A stretch of DNA of 64,000 nt, from positions 26,349 through 90,348 of the forward strand of contig CAWIDR010000008.1 of assembly GCA_963834905.1 (NCBI GenBank), written 5' to 3'. The notes under the pieces were generated by a model. It worked only from the letters and a program-made list of their open reading frames with translations. It made no database searches and was not told where the DNA came from. The position numbers and the translations under genes were made by a program. This document shows, piece by piece, positions 51,937 through 63,742 of this stretch (its first letter is position 1; the number at the start of each line of letters is the position of its first letter). The DNA comes from an uncultured Thermoleophilia bacterium. Lineage in GTDB: Bacteria; Actinomycetota; Thermoleophilia; UBA2241.

Positions 51937-52618
51937 TTATACGCCGGCGACGGCGGCCTGCGCCACTGCCGAGAAGCGCTCCTCGACATCCGGGCCGCCG
52001 AAGACGCTCGAGCCGGCGACCAGCCAGTTCGCGCCGGCCGCGACCAGCGCGCCGGCGTTGAACTCCGTCACCCCGCCGTCGACCTCGATGGTGACGCTCT
52101 CGGGCAGGAAGGCGCGGGCGCGGGCGATCTTGTCGGTGGAGGTCGGGATGAAGCCTTGACCGCCGAACCCGGGGTTCACGGACATGATGAGGACCATGTC
52201 GCAGGAGTACCTCGCCTCGGTCAGCGTCTCGATGGGCGTCGCCGGGTTGAGCGCGACGCCGGCCATCGCGCCGGCCTCGCGGATCTGCGCCAGCACGCGG
52301 TGCAGGTGCACGCACGCCTCCTGATGCACGACGATCATGTCGGCGCCGGCGCGCGGCGAAGGCGCCGACGTACTGCTCCGGGTGCTCGATCATCAGGTGG
52401 ACGTCGAGCAGGGCCCCGGCCCCGTGGACGAGCGGCTGCAGCGCCTTGACTACCAGGGGTCCGATGGTGATGTTGGGGACGAAGTGGCCGTCCATGACGT
52501 CGATGTGGATGACGCGCGCGCCGGCGTTGAGGACCGCCTCGACGTCGTCGCCCAGGCGGCTGAAGTCGGCGGACAGGATGGACGGCGCCACATTGATGCC
52601 CCGCAGGATGTCTTCCAC
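51937..52618 (-). CDS. rpe: ribulose-phosphate 3-epimerase, frame broken once as sequenced
   Basis: GTG 52618 has a GGAGGA SD and opens [26 protein letters not shown]...[13 protein letters not shown]...[15 protein letters not shown]. After the junction the sequence is [12 protein letters not shown]...[10 protein letters not shown]...DGG. The junction is at ~52352 and is insertion-type. Confidence 0.9.
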
Positions 52619-52665
52619 CGTTCCTCCGATAGGTCGCTGCCGCGGCGACGTGCCGCAGCGGTAGT

Positions 52666-54090
52666 CTACCTCGCCGCGGCGCCCGAGGGGCGCCGGTCGG
52701 CCGCAGCAGCCGCTCCGGCGGAGTCGGGCGACGAAGAAGCCGGTGGAACCGGCGTCGGGCGGCAGGACGAGCAGGAAGCCGCCCGAGGCCGGGTGCGCCA
52801 GGCCGGGCCAGGCCGCGCCGAGGTCGTCGGCCGTCCAGCCGCCGCCGGCGAGCAGCGGCTCGACGACGCCGAGGGTCTCGGGCTGGGTCATGGTGCAGAC
52901 AGCGTAGGTGAGCGCGCCGCCGGGCTTGACGGTGGCGGCGGCGCGCGCCAGCAGCCGCGCCTGGAGGTCGGCGAGACGCGGCACGTCGGCGGCGTGCCGG
53001 CGCCAGCGCAGGTCGGCGCGCGAGGAGAGCGTGCCCAGGCCGCTGCACGGGGCGTCGAGCAGCACGTCGTCGAACGTACCGTCCCAGTCCGCCGGGAGGT
53101 CGAGGGCGTCCGCGTGGACGACGTTCACGCCGTCCGCGCCGAGGCGCGCGAGGTTGGCGCGAAGCTCGCCCGCGCGCGCCTCGTCCACCTCGACGGCGGT
53201 GATCCTTCGCCTCGGGCAGCAGCGCCGCCAGCTGGCTGGTCTTGGCGCCGGGCGCCGCGCACAGGTCCAGCACCTGTGCGCCCGGCCCGGCCACACCGCC
53301 CGCGGCGACGGTCGCGGCGATCTGCGAGCCGCGCGACTGCGGCGTCACGAGCCCGTCCCGGAAGACGTCCGGAGCGCTCGAGCGGCGGACCTTCGTAGAG
53401 CAGCGCGTCGGGCAGGCCGTCGACGCCGCGCGTCTTGAAGCCCTCCGCGGCCATCGCCCGCCTCGCCGCCGGCAGCCCGCCGCGCAGGCGGTTCGCGCGC
53501 AGGCAGCGCTCGGGCGCGGCGTTGCCGGCCTCGAGCAGCCGCCGCGCCGCCTCGGGACCGATGTCCGCGCGGACGCGCTTCACCAGCCACAGCGGATAGG
53601 AGAGCCCCGCGGCCCACGAGCGCGCTTCGTCGCCTTCGCCCAGCTCCGCGAGCCTCGCCCTCCCGTCGATGGCGACGCGCCTGAGCACGGCATTGACGAA
53701 CCCGCCGGCTCGCTTGCTCTTGCGGGTGGCAAGCGTGACCGCGTCGTCCACCACGGCATAGGCCGGAACGCGGTCGAGGAAGAGCAGCTGGAACGCCGCC
53801 AGCCGCAGCGCGTCGCGCACGTCGGGATCGGTGCTCTTGAGCGGGGCCTTGGTGTACATGCCGAGCACGGCGTCGATGGAGCCCCGTCGCTTGACGGTCC
53901 CGTTGATCAGTTCGTTGGCGAGGCCGCGGTCGGCGACGCTCAAGGACGAGAGTTCGGGCAGCGCCGCCGCCGAGTCGTCAAGATGGGCGTTGCCTCTGCG
54001 CAGGCGGCGCAGCGCTGCGAACGCCGCCGCTCGCGCCGGGCTGACGGCCGAGCCTTTCGCCGGGCCTCCGCCGGTCGCCGGCGCGCTCAC
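52666..54090 (-). CDS. rsmB: 16S rRNA (cytosine967-C5)-methyltransferase RsmB/Sun, frame broken 2-3 times as sequenced
   Basis: The N-terminus is a NusB-like domain (ORF 53125..54090), ending ...[10 protein letters not shown]. The next fragment is [19 protein letters not shown]...[22 protein letters not shown]. The last fragment is [19 protein letters not shown]...[12 protein letters not shown]...YAVCT...GFFVARLRR. The junctions are at ~53371 and ~53208. No in-frame stop precedes rpe; a third step (~52700) would reach TAG 52668..52666. Confidence 0.86.
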
Positions 54091-54982
54091 GTCGCCAGCA
54101 GACTGCGGCCGGCGCCGCGCAGGAACTCGCCGGCCGGCATGCGGTTCCGGCCCTCTTGCTGGACCTCAAGCACGTCCACCCAGCCTTGACCCGCGGCGAT
54201 GAGCAACCGCTCCGACCCCTTGGCGGGCATCGGCCCGTCGCCCGGCAGCGCCCGCCAGATGCGCGTCCTGCGGCCCGCCAGTTCCGTGACGGCGCCGATG
54301 TGCGGCGAGAGCGCACGGACCTGGTCGGCGATCTGTGCGGCGGGCCGGCTCCAGTCGATCTCTTTGTCGGCCGGCCCGATCTTGGCCGCGTAGGTGACCT
54401 CGCCCTCCTGCGGCCGCCACTGCGCGGTACCCGCCGCCATGGCGTCCAGCGTGGCCGCGACTCCGGCCACAGCCGCCGGCGCGAGCAGTGCGTACGCCGT
54501 TCCCGCATCGGCTTCCCGCGGCACATGGACCGTGCGCGCGTCGCCGACGGGTCCCTCGTCCACCCCGGCGGTCATGCGCAGCGTGCACACCCCGAGTTCA
54601 GTCTCGCCCGCCATGAGCGCACGCTCGACCGGCGCGGCGCCGCGCCAGTGCGGCACCAGAGAGGGGTGCACGACGATGGTCTGCACGGCGTCCAGCACGT
54701 CCTGCCTGACGATCTGCCCGTAGGCGCAGACGACGAACGCATCCGGCGCGTAGCCGAGCAGGCGCTCCATCGCCTCGGGCTCCGAGAGGCTCTCCGGCTG
54801 ACAGGACGGGCACGCCGAGCCCTTCCGCGAGGACCTTGATCGGAGGCGCCAGTGGCGTGCCGTGGCGGCCGCGCGGACGATCCGGATTGGTGACGAGGAC
54901 CAACGGCTCGCGCCCCTTCTCCACAAGCCCGTCTGAAGACAAGCTCGGCGAACGGGGCTGTGCCGGCGAAGGCGAACCGCAT
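54087..54982 (-). CDS. fmt: methionyl-tRNA formyltransferase, frame broken twice as sequenced
   Basis: The first fragment is MRFAFAGTAPFAELV. The second is SDGLVEKGREPLVLVTNPDRPRGRHGTPLAPPIKVLAEGLGVPVL. The third is QPESLSEPEAMERLL...VVCAYGQIV...VHPSLVPHWRGAAPVERAL... running to 54087. The junctions at ~54937 and ~54801 are both insertion-type. Confidence 0.9.
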
Positions 54983-54987
54983 GCGGC

Positions 54988-55569
54988 TCAGAGGCCGCCA
55001 GCGGCCGTCACGACACCGGCGGCCTCGTTCTCGCGCATGGCGCGCAGAGCGGCGGCTCGCGCGCTCCTGCTCGTGCGGTCGACGATGAGGACGCCGTCGA
55101 GGTGATCGTTCTCGTGCTGGATCACGCGCGCCTCGAAGCCGTCGGCGCGGAAGTCGACCGGCTCGCCGGACGCGTCGAAGCCGCGCACGCGCACGCTCAC
55201 GGCGCGTTCTACCGGCATGGTCACGCCGGGCACGCTGAGGCAGCCTTCTTCCGATTCCTCGGTCTCGTCGGAGTACTCATCCAGCACAGGGTTCACGAGC
55301 ACCTGCGGATCGTCGTCGACGTCGTAGACGAGGAGGCGCTGGAGGACGCCGACCTGCGGCGCCGCCAGGCCCACGCCCGGGGCGTCGTGCATGGTGCGGA
55401 TCATCCGCTTGGCGAACTTGCGCAGGCTCCGGTCGAACTCGGTGACCTCGTGCGCACGCTCGCGCAGCACGGGGTCGCCGATGACGCGGATCTCCCTGCG
55501 GGCCTCACGCTGCCTGCGGGAGAGCTCCTGCTCGTCCTCGATCTGTCTGGTCTGAGTGGTCTCGCTCAT
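54988..55569 (-). CDS. def: peptide deformylase
   Basis: Intact 193-aa ORF. Motifs: GVGLAAPQVG, EGCLSVPG, HENDHLDG. Confidence 0.93.
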   Translation of the reverse strand: MSETTQTRQIEDEQELSRRQREARREIRVIGDPVLRERAHEVTEFDRSLRKFAKRMIRTMHDAPGVGLAAPQVGVLQRLLVYDVDDDPQVLVNPVLDEYSDETEESEEGCLSVPGVTMPVERAVSVRVRGFDASGEPVDFRADGFEARVIQHENDHLDGVLIVDRTSRSARAAALRAMRENEAAGVVTAAGGL

Positions 55570-55595
55570 GTGCTCAATGGTACCTCAAGGCGGGT

Positions 55596-58005
55596 TCACA
55601 GCCACTGCGGCTCGACGTCCGGTATCACCCGCACGCCACGGGCCGCGTATCTGTCGCGGTTCGCGGCCAGCCAGACACGAAGCGCATCGAGTGTTTTCCC
55701 TGTTTCGCTGGTCTTTATCACGACCCGGCACGCGTGACGGCCGCGCTCGCGCCAGATGGGGCCGGGGCCAAGCACCTGGGCGGTGTCGCCGAGCCTGGCG
55801 GACAGCCGCTCCGCGGTGAACCGTCCCGCCACGTCGACCTTTTCGCGGGACGTGCTCGAGAGGTCGAGACCGACGAGAAAGCCGGCGGGTGGATATCCCA
55901 GCTCCTGCCGGCGCTCGAGCTCCTCGGAGTAGAACTGCTCGTCCTTGCCCGACGCTGCCAGGGCGATCGGACGAGCCTCGGGGTCGAGCGTCTGGACGAT
56001 GACCCTGCCCGGTCGCTCGCCGCGGCCGCTGCGGCCCCCGACCTGCACCAGCAGCGCGAAGGTCCGCTCCTCGGCGCGGAAGTCCGGGAAGTGGAGCGTG
56101 AGGTCGGCGTTGACCACGCCCACGAGCGTCACGTCCGGAAAGTGGTGCCCCTTGGCGATCATCTGCGTGCCGACGAGGACCTTGGGCCCGGGCTCGGCGA
56201 ACCTGCCCAGGACCGCTTGCAGGCGGGCGTAGGAGCCCGCCACGTCCGAGTCCAGACGGAGCAGGTCGACCCCGGGCAGCAGGAGACGGACCTCGCGCTC
56301 GAGCCGCTCGGTGCCGAAGCCGTGGCGCACGAGGTCGGAGCTTCCGCAGGCCGGGCACGTGGACGGTGCCGGCTCCGTGTGGCCGCAGGTGCGGCAGCGC
56401 AGCGTGCTGCTTCCGAACAGGGCAAGGGTGACGTCGCAGCGCGGACATTCCCAGGCGTGGCCGCAGTGGTCGCAGACCAGGTACGCGGCGAAGCCACGGC
56501 GGTTGAGGAACAGGATGGCCTTGTCGCCGGCGTCCACGACCGCGGTCAGCGCCGCCGCGAGCGGCGGCGAGAAGACTCCGTGGTGGCCGCGCATGTCGAC
56601 GATCTCGAGCGACGGTGGTCGCGAGCCGTCGACCCTCCGGCGCAGGTCGGCGTGGAGCGCGACACGTGCGAAGGTCTCCACGCTGGGCGTGGCCGAGCCG
56701 TGCACGACGATCGCCCCGGACGCGGCCGCCCGCCAGCGGGCGACCGTGCGCGCGTCGTAGGCCGGCTCGCTCTCCTGCTTGTAGGACGTGTCGTGTTCCT
56801 CGTCGACCACGATAAGGCCGAGGTCGACCAGCGGCGCGAACACCGCCGAGCGCGCGCCGACGACGATGCGCACCTCGCCGCGCGCGACGGCGCCGTAGGC
56901 AAGCAGTCTCTCCCCTGCCGAGAGTCCCGAGTGCAGGACGGCGACCTGCTCGCCGGAGAAGCGCCGCTTGACGCGCGCGACGGTCTGCCCAGTGAGCCCG
57001 ATCTCCGGCACGAGGAGCAGGACCGACCGGCCTGCCTCCAGGGTGGCCTGCGCGGCCTGGAGGTAGACCTCGGTCTTGCCGCTGCCGGTGACGCCGTGCA
57101 GCAGCACCTCGTCGCCGGGCTGCGTCTCACAGAGGATGTCGTGCAGCGCGCGCCGCTGCTCGTCCAGCAGGTCGGGGATGTCGGAGAGCGTGGCGCAGGC
57201 GCGCAGGCGGCCGGCCTGCGCCACGGCGCCTGCTGCGGGGACGTCCGGCGAGCCGGGCTCGGCAAGGTCGGCCCCCTGCCGGTCGCCGGCGTCCTGCTCC
57301 ATCGCCGACGGGGTCCAACGCGATGATGGCGCCGGCGTCCGTGAGCCGCCGCAGGCCGGCGGCGGAGAGCCCGCTGGCGGCGCGCAGCTCGCGCTCGTCG
57401 AACCGGCCGGCGTCGGCGAGGAGTTCCAGGGCCGCGCGCTGGCGCGGGCCGAGCCGCGCGGGCGTCTCGGGGCCGCGGAGCAGCGTGCGCCCGGGCGGCA
57501 TGACGCCGACGACGTGCACGCTGTAGGCGACGCGAAGCCACCCCTTGCGCCGGTACCGCTCGGCGTCAGGGCCGAGGCGGCCGCTCTGGAGCCGGAGCCC
57601 GGCCAGCTCGCCGAGCTGGCTCTCTCCGGCGCCAGCGGCCGCCCTCCCCGCGTCCGTGAGCTCGTACTGGCGCACGATCTTGAGGGCGCCGGTAGGCGGG
57701 CACACGAGCGCAAGCGCGGCGGAGAACGAGGTGAGGTAATGCTCCTCGACCCGGTGCGCCACCTGGAGCAGGTCGGCAGGGATCGGGGGGACGCGCAGGA
57801 CGTCGCGCAGCGGCAGGACCCGCCCCTCGTGCTCGGTATTGTCGCGGACCTCGAGGATCACGCCGATCACCGTCTGGGCGCCCAGAGGCACCGCGGCCAG
57901 GGCGCCCGGCAGCGCGCGAGCGCTGAGCTCGCGAGGGATCTCGTAGTCGAAGGCCTCGGAGAAGGCCCGCGTGCGGACGAGCGGGAAGACGGCGGCGTAG
58001 CTCAC
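55596..58005 (-). CDS. priA: primosomal replication protein N' (PriA helicase), frame broken once as sequenced
   Basis: ORF 57127..58005 gives the N-terminal fragment (MSYAAVFPLVRTRAFSEAFDYEIP...) ending at ...AIIALDPV. The second fragment is AMEQDAGDRQ...LLHGVTGSGKTEVYL...VVDEEHD, followed by the Cys-rich zinc region CDHCGHAWECPRCDVTLALF...CRTCGH...CPACG. The junction is at ~57306. Confidence 0.92.
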
Positions 58006-58086
58006 GCAGCGACCAGCGGGCTCATGGAGCCGGGCTCCACAGGCTCACCGCTCAGGCCGCGCCGCCGTCTCCCCGGCGCCGTCGCC

Positions 58087-59302
58087 TCAGGCCTTGAGGC
58101 CCGCGGCGGCGCGGAGCGCGTCGGCCTTGTCGGTGCGCTCCCACGTGAAGTCGTGGTCGTTGCGCCCGAAGTGGCCGTAGGCGGCCGTCTTGCCGTAGAT
58201 CGGACGACGCAGGTCGAGGTCGCGAAGGATGGCGGCCGGACGCAGGTCGAAGTGCTCGCCGATCAGCCGCTCGATGGTGGCCAGCTCGACCTTCTCGGTG
58301 CCGCTGCAGTCGACCATCACGGAGACCGGGTGGGCGACGCCGATGGCGTAGGCCACCTGCACCTGGCAGCGCTCGGCGAGGCCGGCGGCGACGACGTTCT
58401 TGGCGACGTAGCGGGCGGCGTAGGCGCCGGAGCGGTCGACCTTGCTCGGGTCCTTGCCGGAGAAGGCGCCGCCGCCGTGCGGAGCGGAGCCGCCATACGT
58501 GTCCACGACGATCTTGCGGCCGGTGAGGCCGCAGTCGCCCATGGGGCCGCCGACGACGAACTTGCCGGTGGCGTTGATGACGGTGATGTCCTCGAGCTTG
58601 CCCGCGGTGTACATGTCCTTGGGCATGATCGGCTCGACGACGTGCTCGATGAGGTCGGGGTAGATGATGCTCTGGAGGTCGGCGCTCTCGGCGTGCTGCG
58701 TGGCGAGCACGATCTTGACGATCTCGACCGGCTTGTTGTCCTCGTAGCGGATGGTGACCTGGGACTTCCCGTCCGGGCGCAGGTACGGCAGGATCTCGGC
58801 CTTGCGCACGTCGGCCAGGCGCTTGGAGAGCTTGTGCGCCAGCAGGATCGGCATCGGCATGAGCTCGGCGGTCTCGGTGCAGGCGTAACCGAACATCATG
58901 CCCTGGTCGCCGGCGCCCTGCGTGTCGAGGACGTCATCGTCGTTGACGTCGCTGCGCACCTCGAGGGCCGTGGTGACGCCCTGGCTGATGTCCGGGCGAC
59001 TGCTCGTCGATGGCGACCATGACGCCGCAGGTCTCGTAGTCGTAGCCGAAGTGGGCGCTGGTGTAGCCGACCTCCTTGACCGTCTTGCGGACGATCTTGG
59101 GGATGTCGACGTAGGTCTCGGTGGTGATCTCGCCGGCGACGAACGCGAGGCCGGTGGTCACGAGCGTCTCGCAGGCGACGCGCCCATAGGGGTCGTCCTT
59201 GAGGATCGCGTCGAGGATGGAGTCGGAGATCTGGTCGGCGAGCTTGTCGGGATGACCCTCGGTGACCGACTCCGAAGTGAAGAGGTAATTCCGCTTGTCC
59301 AA
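58087..59302 (-). CDS. metK: S-adenosylmethionine synthetase, frame broken once as sequenced
   Basis: The first fragment is [32 protein letters not shown]...[10 protein letters not shown]. The second is [37 protein letters not shown]...[19 protein letters not shown]. The junction is at ~58997. Confidence 0.95.
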
Positions 59303-59468
59303 TTGAGTCCTCCGGAGACACGCGGCACGGACGAGCCGGCGCGGTTTGGATGTGGTGTCGGGCGGGCGCGGGATGGCCCCGCGGCCCGGAGGAGTCTACC
59401 AGACGGCCGTGACGGCCAGCAACGCGGGTGGAGGCGGCGAGGCGGCGGCTCGCCGCCGCCGTCCGCGC

Positions 59469-60462
59469 CTACTCGTGGCGTTCCTTCCTGGGCGTGCGCC
59501 CCATGAGGTCGGCGACGCACTCCTGGGGCGTGCGGTTGCCCTCGAGCACCTGGTAGACGTTCTCCGTGACCGGCATGTCGATCCCCAGGCGCGTGGCCAG
59601 GTCGTGGAGCGCGTAGGCGGTGTGCAGGCCCTCCACGACCTGGCCCACCTGCTGCTCCACCTCCGCCGGAGAGGCGCCCCTGGCCAGCAGCTCGCCGGCG
59701 TGGCGGTTGCGGCTGTGCTGCGACGTGCAGGTGGCGATGAGGTCGCCGATGCCGGCGAGGCCGGTGAAGGTGGCGATGTGGGCCCCCTGGATCATGCCCA
59801 GCCGGGTCATCTCGGCGATGCTGCGGGTGATCAGGCTGGCGCGGGAGTTGTCCCCGAAGCCGAGGCCGTCGGACATGCCGACGGCCACCGCGATCGGGTT
59901 CTTGACCGCGCCGCAGAACTCCACCCCGACGACGTCGTCGTTGGTGTACACGCGGAAGGTGTCGCTGGTGACGGCCGCCTGCAGCGCGAGCGCGAGGGCC
60001 TCGTCGGCGGCGGCGATGACGGTCGCCGACGGCATGTCCTTGCTGACCTCTTCGGCGTGGTTGGGGCCGGAGAGCGCTGCGGCGCCGGCCCCGGTCTCCT
60101 CCTCGATCACCTCGGTGGGGCGCTTGAGCGTGCCGATCTCGTAGCCCTTGGCCAGCGACAGCTGCAGCGCGCCCTCCGGGCGAAGCGGCGCGACCCAGCG
60201 CGCCACCTCCCGGATGGCCTGCGTCGGGACCGCGTAGACGAGCAGTCTCGGCGACGCTCAGGTCGGCGTCCTCGATCGCGGCGAAGCGGATCTCGTCGGG
60301 CAGGTGGACGCCCGGCAGGAAGTGCGGGTTCTCGTGCGTCGCCTGAAGCTGCGCGGCCTCGTCGCGGGTCAGCGCGAGCACCTGGACGTCGTGCCCGCGG
60401 CGCGCCAGCAGCCGGGCGAAGCCGCTGCCCCAACTGCCGGAGCCGATGACGGTAGCCCTCAT
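59469..60462 (-). CDS. gpsA: NAD(P)H-dependent glycerol-3-phosphate dehydrogenase, frame broken once as sequenced
   Basis: The first fragment is MRATVIGSGSWGSGFARLLARRGHDV...EDADLSVAE. The second is LLVYAVPTQAIREVARWVAPL...LAKGYE...GAVKNPIAVAVGMSDG. The junction is at ~60246. Confidence 0.9.
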
Positions 60463-60463
60463 C

Positions 60464-61111
60464 TCAGCCCCCTCCTCCCGTCTCGCCCCCCGACGGGCGC
60501 GCCTGCGACCAGGGCAGCTTGACGCGGTTTTCCTCGCCGGCGAGCAGCCGCTGGATGTTGCCGCGATGCGCCCACCACACGAGGATCGCCACGAGCACGC
60601 CGGCGATCTGGTAGGGGAGCGGTTCGTCGAAGGCGATGGTCAGCACGGGCACCAGGACCGCGGCCACCAGCGAAGCCACGCTGACGTACCTCGTCAGCAG
60701 GATGAGCGCGATCCAGGTGGCGAAGATGATGACGAAGGCCAGCGGGACCAGCGCCAGCACCACGCCGGCTCCCGTGGCGATGCCCTTGCCGCCTCTCCCC
60801 TTGAGGAAGATCGAGTAGATGTGGCCGATGACCGGCGCCGCGGCGATGAAGATCGCGGCCCACGGGGTGAACAGCGCCACCGCGATCGCCGCCGGGATGT
60901 ACCCCTTGAGGATGTCGCAGACCATCACGACCGCGCCGGCCTTCTTGCCCAGCACGCGGAACACGTTGGTGGTGCCGACGTTGCCCGAACCGTGCTCGCG
61001 CACGTCCACGCCGTAGAACAGCTTGCCGACGACGACGCCGAACGGGATCGAGCCTGCGAGATAGGCAAGGACGAACAGGACGATGAAGCCGACCACCTTG
61101 ACTGCGATCAA
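60464..61111 (-). CDS. plsY: glycerol-3-phosphate acyltransferase PlsY
   Basis: TTG 61111 overlaps the der stop (TTGA). Motifs: ...YLAGSIPFGVVVGKLF.GVDVREHGSGNVGTTNVFRVLG...KGGKGIATGAG. These are the last 215 codons of ORF 60464..63742, and the gene is intact. Confidence 0.9.
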   Translation of the reverse strand: MIAVKVVGFIVLFVLAYLAGSIPFGVVVGKLFYGVDVREHGSGNVGTTNVFRVLGKKAGAVVMVCDILKGYIPAAIAVALFTPWAAIFIAAAPVIGHIYSIFLKGRGGKGIATGAGVVLALVPLAFVIIFATWIALILLTRYVSVASLVAAVLVPVLTIAFDEPLPYQIAGVLVAILVWWAHRGNIQRLLAGEENRVKLPWSQARPSGGETGGGG

Positions 61112-62415
61112 CGCTTGCCCTTGAAGTCGATGACGAGCGGCACGCCCTCGAGGCCGAACTGCGCCCGCAGCCGGTTCTCGACGTAGAAGCCGAAGTCGCG
61201 CGTCACCAGCGTGCGGTCGTTGATCTCGATGGCGATGCGCGGCGGCGAGGTGCCGAACTGGGCGATGTAGTACATCTTGAGCCGCTTGCCGTGCTTCTGC
61301 GGCATCGGCCGGTCGGCGGCGAGCTCGGCGAGCGCGCGGTTGAGCGCGCGCGTCGAGATGTGCGAGGTGTAGAGCGCGTCGAGCTCGGCGACCTTGCGCA
61401 GGACCTCCTTGACGCCGCGGCGCGTCTCGGCGGAGACGGCGATCACCGGCGGCCGCTGGCGGAGCTTGCGCTGGGCGATGCCGGCGATCTCCTCCAGGTC
61501 CGGGTCGGCGATGTCGCACTTGTTCACCGCGATGATGGTGGCGCAGTTGCGGTGCGTCGCCTCGGTGCAGATGGAGAGGTCGAGCTCGCCGAAGCGCATG
61601 GTGGCGTCGACGACGATGATGGCGACGTGGGCGCGGTCCAGGCTCTGGACGCTGCGCAGATACGAGTAGTACTCCACGCCGCTGACCTTGGCGGCCTTGC
61701 GCATGCCGGCCGTGTCGATGAAGCGGAAGCGGCCGGAGTCGGTCTCGATGACGCTGTCGATGGAGTCGCGCGTCGTCCCGGCGAGCTCGCTCACTATGGT
61801 GCGCGTCTCGCCGGCGATGGCGTTGAACAGCGACGACTTGCCGGCGTTGGGGCGGCCGACGATGGCCACCGGCGTCTCGGCCGGCGCGGCCTCGGCCTCG
61901 ACGTCTTCCAGCACGGCCCCGGAGACCTCGATGAGGCGGTCGAGCAGCTCGCCGCTCCCGGTGCCGTGCACGGCGGAGAACAGCAGCGGCTCGCCGAGGC
62001 CGAGCGCGTAGATCTCCGGCGCCGTGGCGGTGCTCGCGGGGTCGTCCATCTTGTTGGCGACCACGACGACCGGCGCCTTGGCGCGGCGCAGCACGTCGGC
62101 GATGGCGTAGTCGTCGGTCAGCGGGCCGGCGCGGCCGTCGAGCACGAAGAGGACGACGTCGGCCGCGGCGATCGCGCGCTCGACCTGTTCGCGGATGTGA
62201 CCGGCGAACGGGGCGTCCTCGGTGGTGTCGTAGCCGCCGGTGTCGACGAGGAGCAGGCGGTGACCCGTCCACTCCACCTCGATCTCTTTGCGGTCGCGCG
62301 TGACGCCCGGCGTCTCGTGGACCACGGTGGCCCGGGTGCCGGTGAGGCGGTTCACGAGGGTGGATTTGCCGGCGTTCGGAGAGCCGACGACGGCGATGAT
62401 GGGGAGTGGTTTCAT
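61108..62415 (-). CDS. der: ribosome-associated GTPase Der (EngA)
   Basis: Intact 435-aa ORF with two G domains (VGSPNAGKSTLVNRL and VGRPNAGKSSLFNAI) and a KH-like C-terminus. Confidence 0.95.
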   Translation of the reverse strand: MKPLPIIAVVGSPNAGKSTLVNRLTGTRATVVHETPGVTRDRKEIEVEWTGHRLLLVDTGGYDTTEDAPFAGHIREQVERAIAAADVVLFVLDGRAGPLTDDYAIADVLRRAKAPVVVVANKMDDPASTATAPEIYALGLGEPLLFSAVHGTGSGELLDRLIEVSGAVLEDVEAEAAPAETPVAIVGRPNAGKSSLFNAIAGETRTIVSELAGTTRDSIDSVIETDSGRFRFIDTAGMRKAAKVSGVEYYSYLRSVQSLDRAHVAIIVVDATMRFGELDLSICTEATHRNCATIIAVNKCDIADPDLEEIAGIAQRKLRQRPPVIAVSAETRRGVKEVLRKVAELDALYTSHISTRALNRALAELAADRPMPQKHGKRLKMYYIAQFGTSPPRIAIEINDRTLVTRDFGFYVENRLRAQFGLEGVPLVIDFKGKR

Positions 62416-63742
62416 CCGGACAGTCTAGCAAACGCGTCGCCCAAGGATTCGGCGACGACGAAACGGCCGCCGCAGGCGGCCGCAAGTTCCTCCTCCGTGA
62501 CGTCGTCGAGCGTGCGTCCGAGGTCGGCCGGCAGCCACACGCGCGGCGCCAGGAGCCACTCGCCCGTCCGCGAGCGGGGCGCGGCGCAGCGCGTCGAGCA
62601 CTTCGGCGCCGCCGAGCAGCCCGGTGACGGTGACGTGCGCGCCGAAGACGGCGTTCTCCACGGCCAGCGGCACGGACCGCGAGGCCGGCGCCCGGCGCCA
62701 GGATCGTCGCGACCCTCTCGACCACCGGCCGCGCGAGCGTGCCGGACAGCAGGCGTGCGCCGGTGACGCCGCGACGCGGCCGTGCCGGCGCGTCCGCTGA
62801 CGGTCCGGCGCCGGTCCACGCGGCCGCCAGCGTCTCCGCCTCCGCGACGCTGGCCGCGGCGATGCCGACGCCGTTCTCGTACTGCTCGAACGCGTCGCCG
62901 GCCGGAGGCTCCGCGCCGACCAGCAGGTAGAACTCGTCGGCGGCGTGCACGAAGGCCGTCCCCCGCCGCCGCAGGAACTCACGCTGCCATCCCTCGACGG
63001 AGGCGATGACGCCGCGCGCGTCCTCCGGCGTGACCCGGCGCAGGTCGCCCTCGGCGGCCAGCGAGACCGGTACGACGCCGAGGTCGGCCACGGCCTCGAG
63101 CTCGCCGGCGCGCAGCACGGTCTCGGCGAGCACGTCGCCGTCGTTCCACCCCGGGCAGAGCACGACCTGGAGGTGCAGGACGAGACCGGCCTCCGCCAGC
63201 CGCTCGAGCACCTCGCGCGATCCGGCCGCCGCCCGCCCCATCAGGCGGACGCGGGCGGCGTCATCCCAGGCGTGCAGCGACACGTAGAGAGGAGACAGCC
63301 GCAGCTCTTCGATGCGCTCCAGCTCGGGCTCGCGCAGGTTCGTCAGCGTCATGAAGTTGCCGTGCAGGAACGACAGGCGGTAGTCGTCGTCCTTGACCGA
63401 CAAGGCCCCCCGCAGGCCGGCGGGCACCTGGTCGACGAAGCAGAACTTGCACGCGTTGCGACAGGTGTGCGGCTCGTCGCCGAGTCCTCCGTGGTCGAGC
63501 GAGATGCCGTGCCACTCGCCGGGCCCGGGCGTGACGACGAGGTCGAGCGCGTGCCCGTCACGCAGGACGGAGAGCCAGAGCGTGCCGTCGGCGGCGGCGT
63601 CCTCCAGGTCGAGGACGTCGAGCGGGACGCCGCCGTTCAGGTTGACGATGCGGTCGCCGGCGCGCAGCCCCCCGCGGGCGGCGGCGTCTCTGGCGTCGGC
63701 CACGAGGACGCCGCCGCAGGCGGCCTCCGCGCGCTCACCCAC
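62412..63742 (-). CDS. DUF512-type protein (PDZ-like N-terminus plus radical-SAM-like core), frame broken twice as sequenced
   Basis: GTG 63742 opens GLRAGDRIVNLNG...CRNACKFCFVDQ...SFLHGNFMTLTNL...SLHA. The next fragment is VPLAVENAVFGAHVTVTGLLGGAEVLDAL...PLADG. The last is EWLLAPRVWLPADLGRTLDDVTEEEL... ending at TGA 62414..62412. The junctions are at ~62690 and ~62562. A position upstream of der is typical for this family. Confidence 0.72.

Noticed and set aside
59303-59468. A possible SAM riboswitch (SAM-I or SAM-IV) in the 166-nt leader of metK.
   Set aside because: I could not find the conserved core elements by eye. The only clear structure is a GGCGGCGG-CGAG-CCGCCGCC hairpin just after the gpsA stop, which is more likely a terminator. 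A covariance-model scan would be needed to revisit this.
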